44,612 nucleotides of DNA. It comes from Octopus bimaculoides (lineage: Eukaryota). This document shows positions 12,530 through 22,242 of the stretch, piece after piece. The notes beneath the pieces are model-generated. The model saw nothing but the letters and a program-made list of their open reading frames with translations, was not told where the DNA came from and searched no databases. The stretch spans positions 77,635,597 through 77,680,208 of the forward strand of contig NC_068990.1 of NCBI RefSeq assembly GCF_001194135.2, given 5' to 3'. A program made the translations under genes and the position numbers. Positions within the stretch are counted from its first letter, which is position 1; each line of letters begins with the position of its first letter.

Positions 12530-12685
12530 TGACTCATTAGCTATTTAACCTCACAACTTAATTCCCATTAACTATCAGTAAATTAGCTAACAGGTCATTA
12601 ATTAGGTAATCCTCGATAAATAACAGCCCATCAGCTTTCGATTCATTAGCTCAGTTTTGGCTTAATTACATAACTTTATGACGAC
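12530..12685. promoter_or_regulatory. Possible enhancer: dense homeodomain-site cluster
   Basis: 11 TAAT/ATTA cores between 12536 and 12668, including TAATCC at 12607; TTTATGA at 12675. Confidence 0.3.
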
Positions 12686-12694
12686 CACTCGCCA

Positions 12695-12985
12695 CCTTTA
12701 CTTTCACCGCTAGTCATCCCCACTACCACCACCACCACCACTACCGCCACTGCCATTCACAACTACAACCACTCACCACCACCACCACCACCACCACCAC
12801 CGCCCTTATCATTCACCACCATCAATCATCAATGCTGCCACTATAGTCACTGCCACCGCTGTCACGAGGATTACCACAAGCATCAGTTGCGCTACCACCA
12901 ATAACACCACCAACCACCACTACAGGCATCAGCAGTACTATTCAGAAGCAAAAAACAGCCAGACCAACATCACCACCACCAGTGA
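12695..12985. repeat. Degenerate (CAC/CAT/TAC)n triplet tract
   Basis: Direct reading. Confidence 0.8.
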
Positions 12986-13187
12986 CGCAAGCAGGAACGA
13001 TTTGACCAATCGTGCCTTTGCGCTAACTGCACGTTGTACAGTTGATGTTACCCTCTCGTTTCTTTATTTTATTATGGCCGTGCTTTTGTAAGCCAGGCAT
13101 TCAAGCCGAACAGCTAAAACAAGACTTCGTGTTTCTGTTTTTGATTTTAATCTGAACCTTCTTCTTCTTCTTCTTATTATTATTATT

Positions 13188-13368
13188 CAGTAGTTTTATT
13201 TTTATAACATGCTTTCACTTCACTACCGGGCGCAGCTCTGTGTGCCTTGGGTATGTGCTGTGGTTTGCTGTGGTGCTCTTATGGTTACTGTATTGAAAGT
13301 GTTTTGCGTAGGATGTGTGCAGTGCCCAGTAGTGCAATTTTCTGTATGTTATATATATTTGTAAGTCC
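13188..13368 (-). mobile_element. 5'-truncated R4/Dong-like 3' end inserted in (TAA)n
   Basis: Minus strand encodes GLTNIYNIQKIALLGTAHILRKTLSIQ* (RLE C-terminal motif), then a 3' UTR ending ...AAAACTACTG-AATAATAAT. TAA repeats on both sides. Confidence 0.88.
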
Positions 13369-13428
<60 letters not shown>

Positions 13429-13650
13429 NNNNNNNNNNNNNNNNNNNNNNNNNNNNNNNNNNNNNNNNNNNNNNNNNNNNNNNNNNNNNNNNNNNNNNNN
13501 NNNNNNNNNNNNNNNNNNNNNNNNNNNNNNNNNNNNNNNNNNNNNNNNNNNNNNNNNNNNNNNNNNNNNNNNNNNNNNNNNNNNNNNNNNNNNNNNNNNN
13601 NNNNNNNNNNNNNNNNNNNNNNNNNNNNNNNNNNNNNNNNNNNNNNNNNN

Positions 13651-13854
13651 GTGTGCCTTGGGTATGTGCTGTGGTTTGCTGTGGTGCTCTTATGGTTACT
13701 GTATTGAAAGTGTTTTGCTTATGATGTGTGCAGTACCCAGTAGTGCAATTTTCTGTATGTTATATATATTTATAAGTCCTGGTGTTTTTGTTATGTATTT
13801 GTCTGAATATTTTTTTATTATACCTAAGGCACCTACTATGATAGGAATTGTTTC

Positions 13855-13857
<3 letters not shown>
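13651..13857 (-). mobile_element. Second 5'-truncated R4/Dong-like 3' end
   Basis: Minus strand: IETIPIIVGALGIIKKYSDKYITKTPGLINIYNIQKIALLGTAHIISKTLSIQ*. Four substitutions versus the 13188 copy. Confidence 0.88.
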
Positions 13858-13907
<50 letters not shown>

Positions 13908-13908
<1 letters not shown>

Positions 13909-14112
13909 GGCGACGAGCTGGCAGGATCGCTAGGACTAAATGCTTAGCTGTATTTCGCCCGTCGCTACGTTTCGAGTTCAAATTCCGCCGAGGCCGACTT
14001 TGCCTTTCATCCATTCGGGGTCGATTAACTAAGTACCAGTTAAGTACTAGAGTCAATGTAATCGACTTAATCCCTTCCCCCGAATTTGAGGCCTTGTGCT
14101 TCCAGTAGAAGT
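13908..14112 (+). mobile_element. Family-A SINE between TAT/AAT microsatellites
   Basis: GGCGACGAGCTGGCAG...GAGTTCAAATTCCGCCGAGG...GCCTTTCATCCATTCGGGGTCGAT. Confidence 0.9.
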
Positions 14113-14116
14113 AATG

Positions 14117-14183
<67 letters not shown>
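14113..14183. repeat. (AAT)n microsatellite
   Basis: Direct reading; similar tracts at 13369-13428 and 13856-13907. Confidence 0.95.
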
Positions 14184-14185
<2 letters not shown>

Positions 14186-14699
14186 TGCCAGTAAACAAGT
14201 GTCACCTTAGTCTGGCTTTCTACGGATACCTGGCACTTTCCATCATACTCAGCAAAATAAGATGTGAGTTTTCATCAAATAATAATAATAATAATAATAA
14301 CAAGGGCATTCAGAGAGCGCATTCAGAGGTAAACAGTCAAGACGAAGAGCGCGATTCAATTGCAAGATATTTTATTAGTTGAACGATATTTCAACGGACT
14401 GTTGAAGTATTGTTTCAGAAATACGTGAGATACACCATAAGCGACAATACTATTGTCGTGGTCTTCTGCCTCCTGATCCACCTGCTCCTCCTCCTTTTCC
14501 TCACTGTCATTATCATCATCGTTAACAGCATTTCTACAAAATCTCCCTCCCATATTCATAGTATCAACAAGCACCACCACTGTAACTGCCACCGTTAAAA
14601 GTGCTTAGACCGTCGACCAGCTTAAACAGATTATATTTAAACAAGACCAAGAACAAGATTTAACACGACTGTCATCGACAAGAACAACGATGATAGCTA

Positions 14700-14714
14700 A
14701 TGAGAACAACAACG

Positions 14715-14765
<51 letters not shown>

Positions 14766-14785
14766 ACTATAGCTGCTGCTGCTGC
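14700..14785. repeat. (CAA)(CTA)n(CTG)n compound triplet repeat
   Basis: Direct reading. Confidence 0.9.
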
Positions 14786-15076
14786 AATATCAGCAACTAA
14801 ATCGTTGGAAGTAAATCCGAAAAAATTCTATAACCAATACAATTACAGTATCTGAACCTATCAGCAAACAGTAAAACCAGAAGCTATCCCCGACGCCACC
14901 ATCACTGTTACTATCATCACTGGAACAGAGACACAAATAAAGGGGAAAAATAAGACATTTAGTGATAAAACACATTTATATAAAGAAGATTAGTTAAGAA
15001 ATGTTACTTTTCGTCTCCGCCATTTTCTATAGCCATTTCTCATCCAGTTTTCTTTGCTATATCATCATCATCATGA

Positions 15077-15135
<59 letters not shown>

Positions 15136-15660
15136 TAGTTTGTTTTAGTTACATTTTGGAGATTTATTATTATTATTTTTTAATATTTTGGTTGATTTTG
15201 TTTCTATTTCTATGTGAATGTTGTCGTTTGCTGTAGATTTCTAAAAAGAGGAGGATTTAAAAATAAAAATGAAGCTTCGAGAAAGGAAAGAAAAAGACAA
15301 ATGGACAAAAAAAAAGTGTGCAGACGATAGATAGACTTAATAATCTTCAGTGCAATAAATTGGCGTTGAGTAAAAGATATCTCGCCATTTTAAGTTGGTT
15401 ATAACTAAATCAGTATTCGAAAATGTGGGAAAATCAATTGAACTTTATCGTTCTGTATGTATGTATGTATGTATGTATGTATGTATGTATGTATGAAAGA
15501 TGTTTGTGTGCAATTACATATATATGTGGACATATGTTTATATGTATGTACATATGAATGTATAATTGTACTCATGTACATTTTTATGTATTTATTTATA
15601 TATGTACGTATGTATTATGGTGCTAATGTACATATGTATGTATGTATATATGTATGTATG

Positions 15661-15691
<31 letters not shown>

Positions 15692-15937
15692 NNNNNNNNN
15701 NNNNNNNNNNNNNNNNNNNNNNNNNNNNNNNNNNNNNNNNNNNNNNNNNNNNNNNNNNNNNNNNNNNNNNNNNNNNNNNNNNNNNNNNNNNNNNNNNNNN
15801 NNNNNNNNNNNNNNNNNNNNNNNNNNNNNNNNNNNNNNNNNNNNNNNNNNNNNNNNNNNNNNNNNNNNNNNNNNNNNNNNNNNNNNNNNNNNNNNNNNNN
15901 NNNNNNNNNNNNNNNNNNNNNNNNNNNNNNNNNNNNN

Positions 15938-16312
15938 AGGAAGGGGAAGGAGGAGAGGGAGAGGGGAGGAGATGGAAATGAAGAAGAAGAAAATGAAGAA
16001 GAAAAAGAAGAAGAAGAAGAAGAAGAACAACAACAACAACAACAAGGAACAAAGAAGAAGAAGAAGAAGAACAAGGAACAAAGAAGAAGAAGAAAGAAGA
16101 AGAAGAAGAAGAAGAAGAAGAAGAAGAAGAAAAAAGAAGATACAGAAGAAGAAGAAGAAGAAGAAGAAGAAGAAGAAGAAAGAAGATACAGAAGAAGAAG
16201 AAGAAGAAGAAGAAGAAGAAGAAGAAGAAGAAGAAGAAGAAGAAGAAGAAGAAAGAAGAAGCAGAAGAAGAAGAAAGAGAAGAAGAAGAAGAACAATAAC
16301 AACAACAACAGC
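15938..16312. repeat. Long (GAA)n-dominated purine-rich tract
   Basis: About 370 bp, mostly GAA, with short CAA/TAC interruptions. Confidence 0.95.
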
Positions 16313-16829
16313 AATAAAGGATTGTACACTATACCAACGCTCAGCGTCTGGCGCAAAATATAGTTTTGGCGTCTCCATCTTAATTAACAGGTAAGATAAC
16401 TTGGATGAAATAATTCATTCCTTCACACCTGCAAAGACGTTGCTTCATTATGGCCAGTGCTTGAAATATATGTGCGTCCCTCGGAGCGACGAAGACCATC
16501 TGCTCCTCCCTATGGATGACTTATGACTTGTGCGGTGACTTGGTTCATTTTGAAGAAGTGTTGCTCGCCGTCAACTTCGCTCTCATGCCTATGACCATCT
16601 TCAGTCCAGTGGCAAAGATTAGATCAAGACGATTGGAGGTGGAAACGGATGTAGGAGGTAACCAAGTTGTCTTCCTTACCCCATTTCGCTCGCTGCACAG
16701 TAGATAGCGTTGCTCTAGCTGATGTCCCCTCCGTTGCATCATGAAGGTTACTTCCACAAAGTTCGCTGAATCTAGTCTTCACATGTATCGGGAGGCAACC
16801 TCTAATATGTTAATTAATCTATAGCTGGG

Positions 16830-16932
16830 GTCTTAACATGTGCAACTACTCCGGTTCAGAATAAACCGGGAACAAAGTAGCTAAGAGGCGTTACCCAGCA
16901 TGGCTGCAGCCAGATGATTGAAACAATTAAAA
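16830..16932 (+). mobile_element. Family-B-like SINE 3' tail
   Basis: CCCAGCATGGCTGCAG...TGATTGAAACAA.TAAAAGAATAAAG. Confidence 0.6.
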
Positions 16933-16982
16933 GAATAAAGGATTATATATCTTTGTATGTTATGGAATAACTTATGTATATG

Positions 16983-17016
<34 letters not shown>

Positions 17017-17031
17017 TTTATTTATATATGT

Positions 17032-17385
17032 GTGGAGGCGCAATGGCTCAGTGGTTAGGGCAGCGGACTCGCGGTCATAGGATCGCGGTTTCGATTCCCA
17101 GACCAAAGCTCCACGAGGCTCCGGCAGGGGATGGTGGCGAACCCTGCTATACTCTTTCACCACAACTTTCTCTCACTCTTACTTCCTGTTTTCTGTTGTG
17201 CCTGTAATTCAATGGGTCAGCCTTGTCACACTGTGTCACGCTGAATATCCCCAAGAACTACGTTAAGGGTACACGTGTCTGTGGAGTGCTCAGCCACTTG
17301 CACGTTAATTTCACGAGCAGGCTGTTCCGTTGATCGGATCAACTGGAACCCTCGACGTCGTAAACGACGGAGTGCCGACAACGAC
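17032..17385 (+). mobile_element. Family-C tRNA-derived SINE
   Basis: A box TGGCTCAGTGG (17044), B box GGTTTCGATTCC (~17087), a non-tRNA body, and a 3' tail shared with the 21797-21890 copy. Confidence 0.85.
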
Positions 17386-17712
17386 ATTTATATATGTATG
17401 TTTGTATGCATGTGCGTATGTGTGTATGTACGTATGTATGTATGTATGTATGTATGTATGTATGTTGGATCGTCGGCCATTAAACCGACAGCCCAACTAA
17501 GCCTTCTTTGTAAGGGCGGTAGTTTTTGTCAGACACTCTGCAGGATAAAAAACGAAACCTGTCAAAGGACAGAATAACTTAATGGAGTCAACGCCATCCA
17601 ACAGCTGAGAGTGAGAGACTCCTAGTCTTTATTTAAATATCTCTCTAAGTGAAGGAAATTTCGAAATAACATTCGCTACTTTGTGAAGCCGGAGGCGAAA
17701 GATTTTCCCACG

Positions 17713-17768
17713 AGAGTTCTGGATCCTAGTAACGAATTCATTTGCATACAGCCAATCATAGCTCACCT
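17713..17768 (+). repeat. Left arm of a 56-bp inverted repeat carrying octamer ATTTGCAT and CCAAT
   Basis: 46/56 ungapped identity to the reverse complement of 19271-19326; 21-bp perfect core TCATTTGCATACAGCCAATCA. Confidence 0.85.
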
Positions 17769-18170
17769 TGACCTTGTTGTCAAGTTAAGAAACACACTCT
17801 AATAAATAAACTCAAGACGATGAACGGTGTTGTAAGTCGACCGATCGCTAAGTTGTGCCTGATTTTAGAAGAAGACAAGTAATTAGATAGATTTGCATCT
17901 ATACCTATTAAACGGATTTTGTTAGGGCCCCATGTGGTAAATACGTGGATGGGAAAAATGTGGGCAGAGGGTGATGTGCTAGCAACCCTCTCCCCTTATT
18001 GTTTTACAAATTAAACAACAACACAAATAACTACGCAGCCATGGTTGAAAGAAAAACAAGAACAAGAAGCATTATTAAAAGAGAAAAGAAGCATGGTCAT
18101 TCCTTGCTCAAGTGATCTTATCTTCATTATTTACATTTGACGGATATTTGTACTCATCTTGTTTGTTGTT

Positions 18171-18216
18171 AACACAACGTTTCGGCTGATATACTCTCCA
18201 GCCTTCATCAGGTGTC
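18171..18216 (-). ncRNA. Minimal type-I hammerhead ribozyme in the PLE pseudo-LTR
   Basis: Minus strand: GACAC-CUGAUGA-A-GGCUG(GAGAGUAUAU)CAGCC-GAAAC-GUU^GUGUU. Conserved core, 5-bp stem II, 5-bp stem I with one G-U, and a loopless palindromic stem III (ACGU). Confidence 0.8.
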
Positions 18217-18264
18217 TTGGGGAAATTTCATAAAGCATATCGATGTTATTATTATTATTATTCA

Positions 18265-18337
18265 GGTCACTGCCTGGAATCGAACTCGGAATCTTGGCGT
18301 TAGTAGCCCGCGCTTTTAACCACTACGACATATGCCC
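18265..18337 (-). promoter_or_regulatory. tRNA-derived head with Pol III A and B boxes, embedded in the PLE 3' end
   Basis: Minus strand: GGGCATA-TGTCGTAGTGG(A box)-TTAAAAGCGCGGGCTACTAACGCCAAGATTCC-GAGTTCGATTCC(B box)-AGGC, followed by (AAT)n. Confidence 0.75.
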
Positions 18338-19270
18338 GTGGTCAATTATGGAGTGAATATTAGGGCTTATAAATCTAATATTTTTCTATCCTTTCTTAAT
18401 ACCGGTTCCCATATGCTGTTCATTTCTGCACTCGGTCTGCTTAGGAGGTTGTTGTGTCCTAACATATGTGCTGCTTCTTTCAGTTTTCGTNNNNNNNNNN
18501 TCATTTCTGCACTCGGTCTGCTTAGGAGGTTGTTGTGTCCTAACATATGTGCTGCTTCTTTCAGTTTTCGTATTTTCCAGTGGTGTTCTCTATCTATTAT
18601 TTTAACTTCATCCCACAGGAGGAGGTGGTCTACATGCATGATCAGCTATACCCGATTTATCAATATCTCCTCTTGTCACAGCTTTGCGATGTTCGTCTAC
18701 CTTTATTTTGAGGGGGCGACATGTTTCGTTTTTGTATAACCTACCACAGCTGCATGAGATGGAGTACACGCAGTCTTTGGTCATATTCTCTTCTATAGGT
18801 GGTTTTACTCGAAGGAGATATTAGAGAAGTGTTGTATTAATCTTGAATACTGTCCTGATGTCATATGGGCTGCATATCTTTTGTATCTTTTCGGAGAGGC
18901 CTTTCACATACGGTAGACAGACTGTGGACAGTTTATTTGTTTCATCCTCTTTTCTTCATAATTGGAGTGGATAGTATGTTTTTGGGGTAGTTGTTACTTA
19001 ATAGATTGTTACTTAGCTTGATCATTTCTTCGTGGTATGTATCACGATCGCTACTTATATTCTTTGCTCAATGTTTTAGGCATTGAGCACTCCCTCTCTT
19101 TAAACTGTATGGATGGTGGGATTTGAAGTTGAGGTATCGTCCAGTGAAGGTCGGCTTGCGGTATACGGATGTCCTGAATCCATACTTGGTGTATGTTATT
19201 AATACGTCCAGGAATGCTAGCTGATCTTATCTTATCGCCCACCACTTAAACGCTCATAAATTAGTTTGAT

Positions 19271-19326
19271 AGTTGAGCTCTGATTGGCTGTATGCAAATG
19301 AGCTCATAACTGGGGTCCGCAACTCT
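19271..19326 (-). repeat. Right arm of the octamer/CCAAT inverted repeat (runs into a gap)
   Basis: TGATTGGCTGTATGCAAATGA at 19281-19301 is the exact reverse complement of 17738-17758. Confidence 0.85.
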
Positions 19327-19620
19327 NNNNNNNNNNNNNNNNNNNNNNNNNNNNNNNNNNNNNNNNNNNNNNNNNNNNNNNNNNNNNNNNNNNNNNNNNN
19401 NNNNNNNNNNNNNNNNNNNNNNNNNNNNNNNNNNNNNNNNNNNNNNNNNNNNNNNNNNNNNNNNNNNNNNNNNNNNNNNNNNNNNNNNNNNNNNNNNNNN
19501 NNNNNNNNNNNNNNNNNNNNNNNNNNNNNNNNNNNNNNNNNNNNNNNNNNNNNNNNNNNNNNNNNNNNNNNNNNNNNNNNNNNNNNNNNNNNNNNNNNNN
19601 NNNNNNNNNNNNNNNNNNNN

Positions 19621-19702
<82 letters not shown>

Positions 19703-20206
19703 ATGGGTGTCTAAGAGATACCACTATGCTTGAAATAGCTGTCAAAACCTGACTCTAAAACTACATCAAGTATTCAATACAACACAAGATGTAATGACAA
19801 GAGAGAAATAAACTAGTAGAAATTGGATAATTCCAGACCCTGGGTTTCTGGCTTTGCATAAAAATATATTCTGCCGTTGTCAATGAAATATACCATGAAT
19901 TGTACATAAATACACATATATATATACATAAACATACGAATACTCACGTATACGCACACATACATATATATGCACGTATATACAACCACCAGTTCAGTTG
20001 TCTATCCAGATACCATCTTCTATATTTCCCAAATACCACCGCAGTGAATATAATAACGAAGTGAATATATAGATATTTTATATATATATATGTGTGTATA
20101 TATATATGTGTATATATATATGTATATATATATATGTGTATATATATATGTGTGTATATATATATGTGTGTGTGTGTGTGTGTGATAGTGTGTGTGTGTG
20201 TGTGTG

Positions 20207-21046
20207 NNNNNNNNNNNNNNNNNNNNNNNNNNNNNNNNNNNNNNNNNNNNNNNNNNNNNNNNNNNNNNNNNNNNNNNNNNNNNNNNNNNNNNNNNNNNNN
20301 NNNNNNNNNNNNNNNNNNNNNNNNNNNNNNNNNNNNNNNNNNNNNNNNNNNNNNNNNNNNNNNNNNNNNNNNNNNNNNNNNNNNNNNNNNNNNNNNNNNN
20401 NNNNNNNNNNNNNNNNNNNNNNNNNNNNNNNNNNNNNNNNNNNNNNNNNNNNNNNNNNNNNNNNNNNNNNNNNNNNNNNNNNNNNNNNNNNNNNNNNNNN
20501 NNNNNNNNNNNNNNNNNNNNNNNNNNNNNNNNNNNNNNNNNNNNNNNNNNNNNNNNNNNNNNNNNNNNNNNNNNNNNNNNNNNNNNNNNNNNNNNNNNNN
20601 NNNNNNNNNNNNNNNNNNNNNNNNNNNNNNNNNNNNNNNNNNNNNNNNNNNNNNNNNNNNNNNNNNNNNNNNNNNNNNNNNNNNNNNNNNNNNNNNNNNN
20701 NNNNNNNNNNNNNNNNNNNNNNNNNNNNNNNNNNNNNNNNNNNNNNNNNNNNNNNNNNNNNNNNNNNNNNNNNNNNNNNNNNNNNNNNNNNNNNNNNNNN
20801 NNNNNNNNNNNNNNNNNNNNNNNNNNNNNNNNNNNNNNNNNNNNNNNNNNNNNNNNNNNNNNNNNNNNNNNNNNNNNNNNNNNNNNNNNNNNNNNNNNNN
20901 NNNNNNNNNNNNNNNNNNNNNNNNNNNNNNNNNNNNNNNNNNNNNNNNNNNNNNNNNNNNNNNNNNNNNNNNNNNNNNNNNNNNNNNNNNNNNNNNNNNN
21001 NNNNNNNNNNNNNNNNNNNNNNNNNNNNNNNNNNNNNNNNNNNNNN
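20207..21046. other. Assembly gap
   Basis: 840 N between (TG)n and (TA)n. Confidence 0.99.
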
Positions 21047-21091
<45 letters not shown>

Positions 21092-21795
21092 CACACGTAT
21101 ATACATATATATGTATGTATGTAGTATGTGTGTGTGTCTATGGATGACTGGTTGTTGGTGCGTATGTGTGTGAATGTGTGCACATACCTATGCATGTGTA
21201 TATATAGACGTGTGTATGTAGTTGTTATAAAATCGATGCGACAGACACTGCGTGGGCGCCCGTCAGATGTATTGCAACTATAAATCAAAGATCAAATCAT
21301 GTCACACATTCTATGATGGTGATTCTGCCTGAAAATTACGTTAGTTTAGCAAATAAATAGTTCAGTTGATCGAACAATTGAATGTTCAATCTCATCAGTA
21401 AGTCAGAATCTGAAATTGATTATTAATTTTATGTACATCTTCAATGTAATGCATCAGTTGACTCTTCCATTTATTTATTTATTTATTTATTTATTCATTC
21501 ATTCATTCGTTTTATTTATTTATCCGTTTTATTTCTTTTTTTTTTCCATCAGAAACATTTCCACCATTTTCTCCACTGTAAAATGTTTGAGGAATTTCAA
21601 CAGCTGTCGCCGATCTTATAACCATGATTTTTATCGCTTTATCTTCGTTTTGTGTTTTTTCGTTGTGGCTGCTGCAGTTCTTATTATAGTTGTTATTGCT
21701 GTTGTTCAGTCGTAGGTCAATCCTAATTGAGAAAACTTATGATCAAAGTATTTCAACAGTGGTCATCTTATATTTCTTAGAGTATGGCGAATAAC

Positions 21796-22090
21796 TGGCA
21801 CTCAGTCGGTTACGACGACGGGGGTTCCAGTTGATCCGATCAACGGAACAGCCTGCTCGTGAAATTAACGTGCAAGTGGGTGAGCACTCCCCAAACACGC
21901 GTTCAGGGAGATTCAGCCTCACATAGAACGGAACAAAGCTGGCCATTTGAAACACAGGTATTACTCATTTTTGCCAGCTGAATGGGCTGGAGCAACGTGA
22001 AAATAAGGACTGAAAGCTTTGCCAGGAATTGAACTCACTACGCTACGCTCGAGAGCCGAATACCCTCATCGTCATGCCATGTGCCTTCAC
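21796..22090 (-). mobile_element. tRNA SINE with a family-D-like head and a family-C tail
   Basis: Minus head GTGAAGGCACATGGC...GAGTTCAATTCC...TTTCACGTTGCTCCAG resembles 38685; the 94-nt tail is 89/94 identical to 17283-17376. Confidence 0.8.
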
Positions 22091-22242
22091 ATATGTAGAA
22101 TGGTTATATGTAATGGCATAATGGCTAAAAGACGTTCGGGCGTGTTAGATGTACTCTAATTTTAGCCGCGCATATTCAAATAAAAAATTATGTGCAGTAA
22201 AAATTTTATGCAGTAAGGCATATGATATAGGCCAGTCTCATA

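Larger units (their letters stand above)
18140..19232 (-). mobile_element. 5'-truncated Penelope-like element (RT C-terminus, GIY-YIG endonuclease, pseudo-LTR)
   Basis: Minus translation across lesions: LAFLDVLI...VYRKPTFTGRYLNFKSHHP...; LPYVKGLSEKIQKI; CVYSISCSCGRLY..ETCRPLKIKVDEH...KSGIADH; WDEVKIIDREHHWKIRKLKEA. These are PLE hallmark motifs. Confidence 0.92.

Noticed and set aside
14442-14458. Perfect 8-bp-arm palindrome (similar ones near 29114 and 34548)
   Set aside because: About one is expected by chance in ~40 kb; there is no supporting context.
15592-16394. K/E/R-rich and F/L/S-rich ORFs
   Set aside because: Translations of (GAA)n plus a gap; no splice or homology support.
17032-17110. 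tRNA gene-like sequence (also at 38685, 18265 and other SINE heads)
   Set aside because: A/B boxes are present but acceptor and T stems are broken, and the sequence continues into SINE bodies, so these are not tRNA genes.
18420-18571. 71-bp direct repeat in the PLE endonuclease region
   Set aside because: Identical copies on either side of a 10-N gap: an unmerged contig overlap.
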